Part shown: piece by piece, positions 17,630 through 27,369 of the stretch | Layout of the letters: the number at the start of each line of letters is the position of its first letter | Numbering within the stretch: the stretch's first letter is position 1 | Assembly (NCBI GenBank): GCA_049325335.1 | Contig: JBMOMC010000007.1 | Span: 1-64,000 of the forward strand | Length of the DNA: 64,000 nucleotides | Reading direction: 5' to 3' | DNA from: Nitrospirota bacterium | Lineage (GTDB): Bacteria; Nitrospirota; Nitrospiria; 2-01-FULL-66-17 | Position numbers and translations under genes: made by a program | Notes under the pieces: model-generated | The model's database searches: none | What the model was told of the DNA's origin: nothing | The model's input: only the letters and a program-made list of their open reading frames with translations

Positions 17630-20600
17630 GCCGCAGGCCTCGTTCGTGGCGCACGGCGTCCCTCGACCAAGTCGTACAACGCCGGCAGCGCAAGCAGCGT
17701 CAGCGCTGTGCTGGTGACCATGCCCCCCACGATCACAGTGGCCAACGGCTTGAGGAGTTCGGCTCCCGAACCGGTCGCCAACGCCAGCGGCACCATCCCG
17801 ATTCCAGCGGCCAACGCCGTCATCAGCACCGGACTCAGGCGGTGCTCGGCTCCGCGCAGGATCGCCTCCTCAAGGGACAGCCCCTCCTGCTCCCGGAGTG
17901 TCTTGATGTGCATGATCAGGATGATCCCGTTGCGGATCGCGATCCCGAATAACAAGATGAACCCAATGGCGGATGGAATGGACAGTACCCCGCCCGAGAG
18001 AAACACCGCGAACACGCCGCCGGCCAATGCAAACGGCAGGTTGAGCATGACCAGCACGGCTGAGGTCACGGATTCCAAACTCATGTACAGCAGGAGAAAC
18101 ACCGCGATCAGAATCACGCCGCCCAAGAGCAGGAGTTGTCGCATGGCTTCTTGTTGGGCTTCGAATTGCCCGCCGTAGACCACAAAGTACCCTTCCGGTA
18201 TCGCAACCCGTTGCGCCACGGCACGCTGCACCTCGTCGATAAATCCGCCCAGGTCCCGGCCTTGAACGTTGGATTGGATGACGATCCGCCGGGACACGTT
18301 CTCGCGGTTGATGGTGTTCGGACCTTTGCCGTAGCGCACCTGCGCGACGCGCTCCAACGGCACTTCGGGACCCGCCGGGGTGTCGATCAAGAGTTGGCGC
18401 ATCTTCTCAAGGTCGTCTCGGTACACCTGATCCAGGATCACGACTAGATCGTACGTGCGCTGTCCCGCAATGACCTGCGTGGCCACGTCTCCCTTGAACG
18501 CCGTCTCGATAAACCGCGAAATCTGGCCGACCGACAGCCCGTAACGGGCCGCCGCGTTGCGGTCCACGGTGATCTGGAGCTGCGGCACGTCCACCTGTTG
18601 TTCAACCAGAACATCCGCCGCCCCACGCACCGACCGAACTGCGCCGGCGATGTCTTGCGCGGTGGATCGCAGCACATCGAGATCAGCACCGAACAGCTTG
18701 ATCGCCACCTGCGCGGTTACCCCCGAGAGCAATTCGTCGATCCGGTGCTGAATGGGTTGGCCCACGAACGTGGCGGCGCCCGGAAACTGCTCCAGCTTCT
18801 CCCGAATGTCGGCGAGCAGCGCCTCGCGCGACCGCGTGCGTTGCTCGGGCGGCTTCACGTTAACCAGGATCTCGTTCACGTTGACCCCCTCGGCGTGTTC
18901 GTCCTGCTCCGCGCGGCCGGTGCGGGCGGACGTGGACACCACGTCAGCAATCTCCAGGAGGGCGCGTTCCACCTGCCGGCCGATACGCAGCGATTCCTCC
19001 AGCGATGTGCCCGGCAGCATGCGCACGTTGATCACGTACGTGCCCTCGTCCATGATCGGCAAGAACTCCTTGCCCACGAACGGCGTGAGCGCCACGGCCA
19101 ACGTGATGATCGCGACGACGACCCCGACCACCGGCCAGCGATGCCGGAGGACGCGGACCAGCAGCGGCCGATACCAACGATGCACCCAGGCCAGGATCGG
19201 GCTCTCACGATGCGCGCCTCCCGTTCGAGACGCCAGGAACAGGTAGCTCAACACGGGATTGAGCGTGACGGAGACCAGCAGCGACGACGCCATCGCCACG
19301 ATCACGGTGCTCGCCAGCGGGCCGAAGAGCCGCCCCTCGATCCCCTTGAACGCGAAAATAGGGAGAAAGACCAGCATGATGATGATCGTGGCATAGACCA
19401 CCGACCCCACGATCTCTTTCGTGGCCGCCAGTACGATCTCTCGCTTGCCCTCCTTCCCGATCGAAGCTGTTTTGCCCGATGCCTCCCGCAAGCGGCGGTG
19501 GATGTTCTCCACCACGATGATCGCATCGTCCACCACCAGACCGATCGCGATGGTGAGCGCGGCCAGGGTCATGACATTGAGCGTCATCCCCTGGAACGCG
19601 ATGAACAGGACCCCGAGGATCAAGGACAGCGGGATCGCGGTCAGCGTGATCAAGGAAGCGCGGAGGTTCCACAGGAACACGAAGAGGATCACCACCACCA
19701 GGATGGCGCCTTCGAGAAAGGACTCCCGCACGGTGCGGATCGCCCGCTCAATGACGTCCGCCTGCACATATTCGGTAGCGATCCGCACGCCGTCCGGCAG
19801 CGTGGTTTTGATTTGCTCGAAGATGCCAACGACCTTCGCTGTCAACTCCAGCGTGTTGGTGCCGGGCTGTTTAACCACTCGGCCCAGCACGGCTTCCTGG
19901 CCGTTCAGGCTCCCCGCTCCGCGCCGGACCGCTGGACCTGCGATCTTCACCTCAGCCACGTCTTTGACATAGACCGGAATGCCCCCGGGCTTGGTCGTGA
20001 TAACCACGCTCTCAATATCATCCGGCGTCTGAATCCGCCCTAATCCGCGGATCAAGTATTCCTGGTGACGCTCCTGCGAGAACCCGCCCGCCGCGTTGAG
20101 GTTGCTCTGCTCCAGCGCCCCGAATACATCGCGCAGCGACAGGCCGAAGTGCGCCAGGTGGACCGGGTGCACCACCACCTGATACTCCTTGACGAACCCT
20201 CCCATGTTCAGGATGTTGGCGATGCCGCCCGCGGATTGAAGCCGAAAGCGAATGACCCAATCCGCCAGATCGCGCAACTCGATCGGCGAAAGAGCGCCCT
20301 TCTCGTCAACTAAAGCGAATTCCACGATTTCGCCCAAGCGCGAGGCAATGGGGGTCATGAACGGGGCCTCGGCTCCGGCGGGCAGCTTGACCGTGGCCAA
20401 CCGCTCCGCCACGATCTGACGGGCTCGGAAGACCTCGGTACCCCATTCAAACTCGATGATCACCACGGACAAGCCGATCCCGGACGAGGACCGGACCCGC
20501 TTCACGAACGGCATGCCGTTAAACACGCTCTCCAGCGGAAACGTCACCAGCGTTTCCACTTCTTCCGGCGACCAACCTGGCGCTTCGGTGAGGATCGTGA

Positions 20601-20739
20601 CCCGCGGGTCCGTGATGTCCGGATACACGTCCACCGGCATCCGGGACAACACCTGGTACCCACCCACGAGCACCAACACGGCAGCCGCCAGGACCAGCAA
20701 CCAGTTCTTCAGCGAAACGGCGATGAGCTTCGACCACAT
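17626..20739 (-). CDS. Heavy-metal efflux RND permease (CusA/CzcA family)
   Basis: 1037 aa; PVDVYPDI, PEEVE..VTFPLE, VDDAIIVVEN, INREN..RR, RLSPVLMTA and PLATVIVGG motifs. Confidence 0.96.
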   Translation of the reverse strand: MWSKLIAVSLKNWLLVLAAAVLVLVGGYQVLSRMPVDVYPDITDPRVTILTEAPGWSPEEVETLVTFPLESVFNGMPFVKRVRSSSGIGLSVVIIEFEWGTEVFRARQIVAERLATVKLPAGAEAPFMTPIASRLGEIVEFALVDEKGALSPIELRDLADWVIRFRLQSAGGIANILNMGGFVKEYQVVVHPVHLAHFGLSLRDVFGALEQSNLNAAGGFSQERHQEYLIRGLGRIQTPDDIESVVITTKPGGIPVYVKDVAEVKIAGPAVRRGAGSLNGQEAVLGRVVKQPGTNTLELTAKVVGIFEQIKTTLPDGVRIATEYVQADVIERAIRTVRESFLEGAILVVVILFVFLWNLRASLITLTAIPLSLILGVLFIAFQGMTLNVMTLAALTIAIGLVVDDAIIVVENIHRRLREASGKTASIGKEGKREIVLAATKEIVGSVVYATIIIMLVFLPIFAFKGIEGRLFGPLASTVIVAMASSLLVSVTLNPVLSYLFLASRTGGAHRESPILAWVHRWYRPLLVRVLRHRWPVVGVVVAIITLAVALTPFVGKEFLPIMDEGTYVINVRMLPGTSLEESLRIGRQVERALLEIADVVSTSARTGRAEQDEHAEGVNVNEILVNVKPPEQRTRSREALLADIREKLEQFPGAATFVGQPIQHRIDELLSGVTAQVAIKLFGADLDVLRSTAQDIAGAVRSVRGAADVLVEQQVDVPQLQITVDRNAAARYGLSVGQISRFIETAFKGDVATQVIAGQRTYDLVVILDQVYRDDLEKMRQLLIDTPAGPEVPLERVAQVRYGKGPNTINRENVSRRIVIQSNVQGRDLGGFIDEVQRAVAQRVAIPEGYFVVYGGQFEAQQEAMRQLLLLGGVILIAVFLLLYMSLESVTSAVLVMLNLPFALAGGVFAVFLSGGVLSIPSAIGFILLFGIAIRNGIILIMHIKTLREQEGLSLEEAILRGAEHRLSPVLMTALAAGIGMVPLALATGSGAELLKPLATVIVGGMVTSTALTLLALPALYDLVEGRRAPRTRPAA

Positions 20740-20751
20740 GCCGGCCTCCGA

Positions 20752-21774
20752 TCAGTGTGAGTGCTCTTCGACGCCGCCTTTGATCACGATCGACGACATC
20801 AGCTCATAGTTGCCCTGGATGACGACCGGGTCGCCCGGGCGCACGCCGCGTACGATCTCGGCATACCGATCATCCTGCGCACCCACCACGACGCTTCGAC
20901 GGACGTAGGCGCCGTCGTGCTCAACAAAGACCACCAGTTCTCCGCCGAATCGAAGCAGGCCTTGTTTGGGAATCGCGAGCGCCTGGGATCGGCCTCCCAC
21001 CACGATGGCCAGTTGCGCAAACATTTCGGGTTTGAGGTCATAGGCTGGATTCGGCACTTCGACCCAAACGTGCACCGCCCGCTTTTCCGGCTCCACCATC
21101 CCGCCCATCCGCACGATCCGTCCAGTAAACACGCGATCCGGAATCGCGATCACGCTCACGCGGACCTCCTGTCCGGTCCGGACCTGCTGCGACTCGTGCT
21201 CGGGCAGATCGCCTTCGACCCACACAACCGACGGATCCACGATCTCGAACAACACCGAGCCCGGCCCCACCGCCTCGCCGACTGTGGCCTCCCATTTGGA
21301 GATGACGCCCGCGATCGGCGCGGTGAGCGGAATCAGCGGAGGCGGGTTGCCGAACTGGCGGCTCCGCAGCTCGGCCAACAGTTGTCCCTTCTCCACCCGA
21401 TCCCAGGGATTCACGAGCGCGCGCTCCACAATGGCGTCGGTTTTAGGACCGACTGCCGCAAGCCGGTTGGGTTGCGGCTTCACGACGCCGTTCACGCTGA
21501 CGACCTTCTCGATCGTCCGCAGCGCAGCGGCCTCGACCGTGAGGCCGATATTGCGCTTGGCCTCGTCGCTCAGACGAATCCCTTCATCCCCCTCAGCATG
21601 TCCTGCCGGCTCTTGATCGGTCTTCATGGAGGACTCGGCGTGCCCTTGGTCCGGCTGTTCGTGGGAGTGCCCTTCATTGGCGCGTGCCACGCCCGCGTTC
21701 CACCACAGGACCGCGAGCACCACGCCGACAACCGCCCACCATGCCATGCTGTCCTCATTCATCCAGTACTTCAT
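20752..21774 (-). CDS. RND periplasmic adaptor (CzcB/CusB-like)
   Basis: His-rich N-terminus; V.KGQLLA, APIAGVI, LKPEMFA and GDPVV..G motifs; lies between TolC and the RND gene. Confidence 0.93.
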   Translation of the reverse strand: MKYWMNEDSMAWWAVVGVVLAVLWWNAGVARANEGHSHEQPDQGHAESSMKTDQEPAGHAEGDEGIRLSDEAKRNIGLTVEAAALRTIEKVVSVNGVVKPQPNRLAAVGPKTDAIVERALVNPWDRVEKGQLLAELRSRQFGNPPPLIPLTAPIAGVISKWEATVGEAVGPGSVLFEIVDPSVVWVEGDLPEHESQQVRTGQEVRVSVIAIPDRVFTGRIVRMGGMVEPEKRAVHVWVEVPNPAYDLKPEMFAQLAIVVGGRSQALAIPKQGLLRFGGELVVFVEHDGAYVRRSVVVGAQDDRYAEIVRGVRPGDPVVIQGNYELMSSIVIKGGVEEHSH

Positions 21775-23129
21775 GGCTTCTCTCCTCCGATCGGGAGTGA
21801 TCCTGATGACGATCCCGCCACGCGAGCGGCGATCTCCCGCTCCAAGGCCACCACCGCCAGTCGGTGCTCGTACTGCGCCGTTAACTCGCCCAATTGCATG
21901 TCCGCGAACCGCCGCTGGGCTTCCAACAGTTGGATAATTCCGGCAAACCCTTGTTCATATGCCTGCCGCGTCAGATCGAGATTGCTCGTGGCCAGGGGCA
22001 CCACGTCTCTGCCAAAGTGCGCAAGCCGCTGCTCGGCCGATGCGATCCGGGCGGAGGTCACGTGCACGTCCCGCGCAATGCGCGCCGCCAGCGCCGCGCG
22101 CTCGGCCTCGACCTGTCGCAGACGGGCCTGGGCCGATGCCAGTTCGCCCGGCTTGCGATCAAAGAGCGGGATCGGGACCGAGACCTTCACGCCCACGAGG
22201 CGATCACGGTCCGTCAGACCCGGCGCGTCAAAGACGGTCCGCTCTTCGCTCACGTCGAGCGAGAGCGTCACATCCGGCATACGTTCCGCGCGCACCAGTT
22301 CGAGTTCGCCCGCGGCACGCTGCGCGTCCGTGGTGAGGGCGCGCAGATCCGGGCGTTGCGCGACCGCCACTGCCGAGAACTCCCCGTCATTCTCGAATCT
22401 CCGAGGAGCGACCAACGGACCCTGGGCCACGACCGGGTCGCCACCTGGCCGCCCCATTAACGTGTTCAAGTCCGCTCGGGTTTCGATCACCTCCTGATCG
22501 AGCCCGACAACCTCCTGCAGCCTGGTGTGGTATTCGACTTTGGCGAGGGTCACGTCCATTTCCGGGGCGAACCCTTCGCGGAATCGCCCCCCGCTGAGCG
22601 CGACGACGCGTTCCGCCAGATCAACCTGCCCCTTCGCCAGCGCCAACCGCTCCTGCGTGAAGAGGAGCCGGTAAAACGTCTCTTCGACCTCGCTGATCAG
22701 TCGCCGTTTGGCGTCGTTGATCGTGTCCTCGGCCACTGTCACGCCGAAACGAGCATTCTCCTGGCGCTGTCGTCGTTTCCCCGCGGTGATGATCGTCTGC
22801 GAGAGGCCGATGGAGCGACGCCCTTCGCCTTGGTCGGCGAACATGCGGTCCGTCTCCACGGCCACATCAAGCTCTGGGTTCGGATAGGCTGTGGTCTGCA
22901 GGAGCACCCCTTGGGCGATGTCCCGCTCCAGTTCACGCGTTTTGAGATCGAGGTTCTGGTGGAGGGCGGCCGCCACCGCATCATCGATCGTCAGCGCCCG
23001 CGGCATAGGGCGATCGTCCGCCGCCGCCGCCGCCTGGCGGCTCCAGAGCACAGTCGTCATCAGCAGCACGCATCCCAGTCGTACTCGTCGTTGGTACACA
23101 TTCGTTGTCATCACACGCTCCGTGGTCAA
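21771..23129 (-). CDS. TolC-family outer-membrane efflux protein (CzcC-like)
   Basis: LTIDDAV..AL..N.DL, PNPEL, RPDL, VSVPIPLFDR and AYEQG....QLLEAQR. Start is TTG 23129 or ATG 23111. Confidence 0.93.
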   Translation of the reverse strand: MTTERVMTTNVYQRRVRLGCVLLMTTVLWSRQAAAAADDRPMPRALTIDDAVAAALHQNLDLKTRELERDIAQGVLLQTTAYPNPELDVAVETDRMFADQGEGRRSIGLSQTIITAGKRRQRQENARFGVTVAEDTINDAKRRLISEVEETFYRLLFTQERLALAKGQVDLAERVVALSGGRFREGFAPEMDVTLAKVEYHTRLQEVVGLDQEVIETRADLNTLMGRPGGDPVVAQGPLVAPRRFENDGEFSAVAVAQRPDLRALTTDAQRAAGELELVRAERMPDVTLSLDVSEERTVFDAPGLTDRDRLVGVKVSVPIPLFDRKPGELASAQARLRQVEAERAALAARIARDVHVTSARIASAEQRLAHFGRDVVPLATSNLDLTRQAYEQGFAGIIQLLEAQRRFADMQLGELTAQYEHRLAVVALEREIAARVAGSSSGSLPIGGEKP

Positions 23130-23213
23130 GTGTCCGAACCCGGAACGCGGAACGCTCCGCGAACCCGGTCGGGCACGCTCAGTTAAACCTTCAGTGACGG
23201 TACGGAGAGGGGT

Positions 23214-23603
23214 TTAGAGACGGTACTGCCGGTGCAGGGTATACAGGGAGGAGGACTGAACCTTCCGGCCGCGTTCCTCACGGAGCGGGCTGGTCAGCTT
23301 GGTATGATCTTGGCCGGAATCAACGGAGACAGGAATCAGGACGGCGGTCGTGACCGGTTGGACGCTCTCGCGGTCCGACGTGCTCCGCGCCATGGTAACG
23401 GCATCCCCACAGGGCTGATGCGATTCCGTCATTCGATGGAGCGACGAATCAAAACAACAGGGATCCCGGTCACTGGCGTGCGACGCGGGCGCGTGCGATT
23501 CGACAATCTCTGTTCCCTGCGCATGGAGGCACGGCGCCAGGATCAGCACCGCCAGCAGGGTCAGTATCCCAAGGGTTGATGTCCGATGATATGTTGATCG
23601 CAC
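23214..23603 (-). CDS. Hypothetical leader-type protein upstream of the efflux operon
   Basis: Hydrophobic N-terminus; His/Cys residues (PCLH, PCC, HQPC); C-terminal LYTLHRQYRL. Confidence 0.6.
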   Translation of the reverse strand: MRSTYHRTSTLGILTLLAVLILAPCLHAQGTEIVESHAPASHASDRDPCCFDSSLHRMTESHQPCGDAVTMARSTSDRESVQPVTTAVLIPVSVDSGQDHTKLTSPLREERGRKVQSSSLYTLHRQYRL

Positions 23604-23612
23604 GGCGTATAA

Positions 23613-23641
23613 ACCCTACTCAACAAGTGACTGGAAGTCAA
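23613..23641 (-). promoter_or_regulatory. Candidate sigma70 promoter of the metal-efflux operon with an overlapping inverted repeat
   Basis: TTGACT-N17-TAGGGT on the minus strand; TGACT-N3-AGTCA (23628-23640) overlaps the -35. Confidence 0.4.
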
Positions 23642-23748
23642 CGCACCGTATTCCCATGTCTGGTCGTCCCCTTCATTTCCGTGCGATAGTCGTCCCCCAA
23701 ACAGTGAATTGGTCACGAATGTACCATTCATGGTATCGGCTCGCCCGG

Positions 23749-23778
23749 TTGACCTTCCTCCGGCCGACTCGATACAAT
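23749..23778 (+). promoter_or_regulatory. Candidate sigma70 promoter of dnaE
   Basis: TTGACC-N18-TACAAT, 27 nt upstream of GTG 23806. Confidence 0.6.
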
Positions 23779-23805
23779 ACGCACTCATCACCGCCTGAGG
23801 ACCGC

Positions 23806-26800
23806 GTGCCCCGCCCTGAATTCGTTCACCTCCACGTCCATACCCAATACAGCCTCCTGGACGGGGCCAACCGCATCGACCGACTCGTGAACCAAGTCGC
23901 CGGGTTTCACATGCCCGCGATCGCCATGACTGATCACGGCAATCTGTTCGGCGCGATCGAGTTCTACCTGGCGGCCAAGAAAGCCGGGATCAAACCGATC
24001 ATCGGGTGCGAAATGTATCTGGCGCCGCAGAGTCGCATGTCCAGGGACGCGGGCGGCGAGCAGGACGACTCGTTCGAGACCGGGAGCGCGGGAAAACACA
24101 CGCCGTACTACCACTTGATCGTGCTCGCCCAAGACGAGGTCGGATATAAGAATCTGATGAAACTGGTCAGCCTCGCGCACTTCGAAGGGTTTTACTACAA
24201 ACCGCGCGTGGACAAGGAGCTTCTCGCGCAATACAGCAGGGGGCTTCTGGCGACCAGCGGGTGCCTGCGCGGCGAAATTCCCTTCCTCCTCAATCAGGGG
24301 CTGCACGATGAGGCGGTCAAGGCCGCGGGCACGTTCCAGGACATCTTCGGCAAGGACAACTTCTTCATCGAAGTGCAAGAAAACGGCCTAGAACAGCAGA
24401 ACCGGGTGAACCGCGACCTGGTGGCGATGAGCCGCACGTTGAACATCCCGCTCGTGGCGACCAACGATTGCCATTACCTCGAGCGTCAGGACGCCAAGGC
24501 GCACGACGTGTTGCTGTGCCTGCAAACCGGCAAGACCATGCACGATCCGAATCGGATGCGCTTCTCGACCGAGGAGCTGTACGTCAAGTCACCCGATGAC
24601 ATGGCGCGCCTGTTCATCGAATTGCCGGAGGCGGTCAAACAAACCGTGGCCATCGCGGAGCGCTGTAATCTGAAGCTCGATCTGGGCACGTTCCACCTCC
24701 CCCATTACTCGGTTCCGGACGGCACCACGCGCGAAGCGCATATGGAGCACCTGGCCGTGACCGGCCTGCGCGAACGCCTCACCCGCTTGACGCCGGACGC
24801 CGCCAGCGCGGCCATGTACGAGCAGCGCCTGCGCGACGAACTGGCCATGATCAACGCGATGGGGTACGCGGGGTACTTTCTCATCGTGTGGGACATCATC
24901 AATTTCGCGCGCACGCGCGGGATTCCAGTAGGGCCCGGGCGCGGGTCCGCGGCCGGCAGCCTGGCCGCGTATGCGCTGCAGATCACGGACATCGACCCCA
25001 TCCGTTACGGCCTGATTTTCGAGCGGTTCCTGAATCCCGAACGCGTGAGCCTGCCTGATATCGACATGGACTTTTGCATGGATCGGCGCGGCGAGGTGAT
25101 CGACTACGTCACCCAGAAGTACGGCACCGACCACGTGGCGCAGATCATCACGTTCGGCACCATGGCGGCCAAGGGCGCGATCCGGGACGTGGGCCGCGTG
25201 TTGGACGTGCCATACGCCGAGGTGGACAAGGTCGCCAAACTCGTCCCCGCCACGCTCAATATCACGTTGGACGAGGCCATCGCGCAAGAGCCCAAGCTCA
25301 AAGAGCTGTCCGACACCGATCCGAAGATCAATGAACTGCTCTCGCTCGCTCGGGCGCTGGAAGGCATCACCCGGCACGCGTCCACGCACGCGGCGGGCGT
25401 GGTGATTTCCAAGGCGCCCTTGACCGACCACGTGCCCTTGTACCGGGGCGTCAACGGCGAAACCGTGACCCAATTCGCCATGACCGAGATCGAGAAAATC
25501 GGGTTGGTGAAGTTCGATTTTCTCGGCTTGCGCACGCTCACCGTGATCGACCACGCGCTCAAGATCCTCAACGCCAGACGGCCCGAGCAACGGCCGCTCG
25601 CAGCCGCGGACATCGCGCTGGACGACGCCACGACGTACGAGTTGCTGGGCACGGGGCAGACCACCGGGATCTTCCAGTTGGAAAGCGGCGGCATGCGCGA
25701 CCTGCTGGTCAAGATGCGGCCCGAGCGGTTCGAGGATCTGATCGCGATCCTGGCCTTGTACCGGCCCGGCCCCATCGGCAGCGGCATGTTGGACGATTTC
25801 ATCAAACGCAAACGCGGGCAGACCAAGATCCAGTACGAACTGCCCGAGTTGGAGGACCTGCTTAAGGAAACGTACGGCGTCATCGTGTACCAAGAACAGG
25901 TGATGAAGATCGCCAACCGCCTCGCCGGGTTTTCACTCGGGGACGCGGACCTGCTCCGACGCGCCATGGGCAAGAAGTTGCCCGAGGAAATGGAGAAACA
26001 AAAAACCCTGTTCATCGCGGGCGCGACCAAAAACGGGTTCGACCCCAAGAAGGCCGAGAAGATTTTCGATTTGATGGCCTACTTCGCGGGCTACGGCTTC
26101 AACAAGAGCCACAGCGCGGCGTATGCGTTGATCACGTACCAGACCGCGTATCTCAAGGCGCACCACCCACTCGAATTCATGGCCGCATTGCTCACCAGCG
26201 AAATGGGCAACGAAGACAAGATCGTGCAGTACATTGCGGAGTGCCGCGCCATGGGCATCGCGATCCTACCGCCCGACGTGAACGAGAGCGAGCAGGCGTT
26301 TACGATTGCGGACCAGGCGATTCGATTCGGACTGGTCGCGGTCAAGAATGTGGGGGCCGGCGCGATCGAGTCCGTGCTCAACGCGAGGACCGAACACGGC
26401 CGATTTCGATCGCTCGCGCATTTTTGCCGCGAGGTAGACCTGCGCAAGGTCAACCGGCGCGTGATCGAAAGCTTGATCAAGTGCGGCGCGTTCGCGTCAA
26501 CCGGCGCGAAACGCGCGCAATTGATGGACGCGCTAGACCGCACCATGGAAACCGCCGCAGGCTCGCAATCCGCCCGTCGGGCGGGACAGGAAACCCTGTT
26601 CGGCGGGTCCAGCGATGCGTCATCGCCCGACGACGCGCTTCCGAACGTGCCGGAATGGGACGACTCCACGCTGGCGCGAAGCGAGAAGGAGACGCTCGGG
26701 TTTTATATCACCAGCCACCCCCTCGCGCCCTACGCGCGCGAGATCGACCGTTTTATCGTGACGCCCGCCGACCGTCTTGCGGACGTGGGAGACGGCGAAC

Positions 26801-27369
26801 CCGTGCGGGTGTGGGGCGTCCTGTCCGGCAAAAAGATCACGACCACCAAAAAGGGCGACCGCATGGCCTACGTGCGGGTGGAGGACCTGACCGGCAGCGT
26901 GGAGACCATCGTGTTCCCGGATCTCTTTGCCGCATCCGACGCGCTCCTCGCCTCCGAGCAACCGCTCTTGATCGACGGCACCTTGGACAAGGGCGACAAG
27001 GGCATTAAACTCAAAGCCACCAGGATCATGTCGTTGGAGTCGGCGCGCGAACGCGCCGGCGGGCATTTGGAAATCACGCTGGACGAGCGCGTGGACGCGG
27101 ACGGGTTGCGACGGCTCAAAACCACCATCGAACGCTACCCGGGCGCGTTCCCGGTCCGACTCCGCGTGCGGTTGCGCGAAGTCGGCCGCGAGTCCACCAT
27201 TGTCGCGGGTGAGGCGCTGCGCGTGAACCCCACCCGCGCCCTGCTCGAAGAGATCGAGGCCGGATTCGGCAAGGGGTCCACGCGCGTGTGCAGCGACCCG
27301 CACGGCGGACTCGGACGCCCCGCTCACCCCGCGCCCAGACGGCGCGCAGGAGCCTACGTCACCCGATGA
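23806..27369 (+). CDS. dnaE: DNA polymerase III alpha subunit
   Basis: FVHLHVHTQYSLLDG PHP domain; GPGRGSAAGS, PDIDMDF, KFDFLGL and YGFNKSHSAAY motifs; GAGGA RBS before GTG 23806. Confidence 0.99.
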   Translation: MPRPEFVHLHVHTQYSLLDGANRIDRLVNQVAGFHMPAIAMTDHGNLFGAIEFYLAAKKAGIKPIIGCEMYLAPQSRMSRDAGGEQDDSFETGSAGKHTPYYHLIVLAQDEVGYKNLMKLVSLAHFEGFYYKPRVDKELLAQYSRGLLATSGCLRGEIPFLLNQGLHDEAVKAAGTFQDIFGKDNFFIEVQENGLEQQNRVNRDLVAMSRTLNIPLVATNDCHYLERQDAKAHDVLLCLQTGKTMHDPNRMRFSTEELYVKSPDDMARLFIELPEAVKQTVAIAERCNLKLDLGTFHLPHYSVPDGTTREAHMEHLAVTGLRERLTRLTPDAASAAMYEQRLRDELAMINAMGYAGYFLIVWDIINFARTRGIPVGPGRGSAAGSLAAYALQITDIDPIRYGLIFERFLNPERVSLPDIDMDFCMDRRGEVIDYVTQKYGTDHVAQIITFGTMAAKGAIRDVGRVLDVPYAEVDKVAKLVPATLNITLDEAIAQEPKLKELSDTDPKINELLSLARALEGITRHASTHAAGVVISKAPLTDHVPLYRGVNGETVTQFAMTEIEKIGLVKFDFLGLRTLTVIDHALKILNARRPEQRPLAAADIALDDATTYELLGTGQTTGIFQLESGGMRDLLVKMRPERFEDLIAILALYRPGPIGSGMLDDFIKRKRGQTKIQYELPELEDLLKETYGVIVYQEQVMKIANRLAGFSLGDADLLRRAMGKKLPEEMEKQKTLFIAGATKNGFDPKKAEKIFDLMAYFAGYGFNKSHSAAYALITYQTAYLKAHHPLEFMAALLTSEMGNEDKIVQYIAECRAMGIAILPPDVNESEQAFTIADQAIRFGLVAVKNVGAGAIESVLNARTEHGRFRSLAHFCREVDLRKVNRRVIESLIKCGAFASTGAKRAQLMDALDRTMETAAGSQSARRAGQETLFGGSSDASSPDDALPNVPEWDDSTLARSEKETLGFYITSHPLAPYAREIDRFIVTPADRLADVGDGEPVRVWGVLSGKKITTTKKGDRMAYVRVEDLTGSVETIVFPDLFAASDALLASEQPLLIDGTLDKGDKGIKLKATRIMSLESARERAGGHLEITLDERVDADGLRRLKTTIERYPGAFPVRLRVRLREVGRESTIVAGEALRVNPTRALLEEIEAGFGKGSTRVCSDPHGGLGRPAHPAPRRRAGAYVTR

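Noticed and set aside
20761..22497. Long antisense ORFs (this one, 41685-43511, 30353-31885, 61356-62930, 18598-20043 and others)
   Set aside because: Shadow frames opposite well-supported GC-rich genes, with no motifs or RBS.
23180..23215. CueR-like GAAGGTTTAA segment upstream of tolC
   Set aside because: No TTGAC -35 or matching left half-site at MerR-type spacing.
5097..23603. Calling the metal locus a mobile element
   Set aside because: No integrase, transposase, tRNA or flanking direct repeats were seen.
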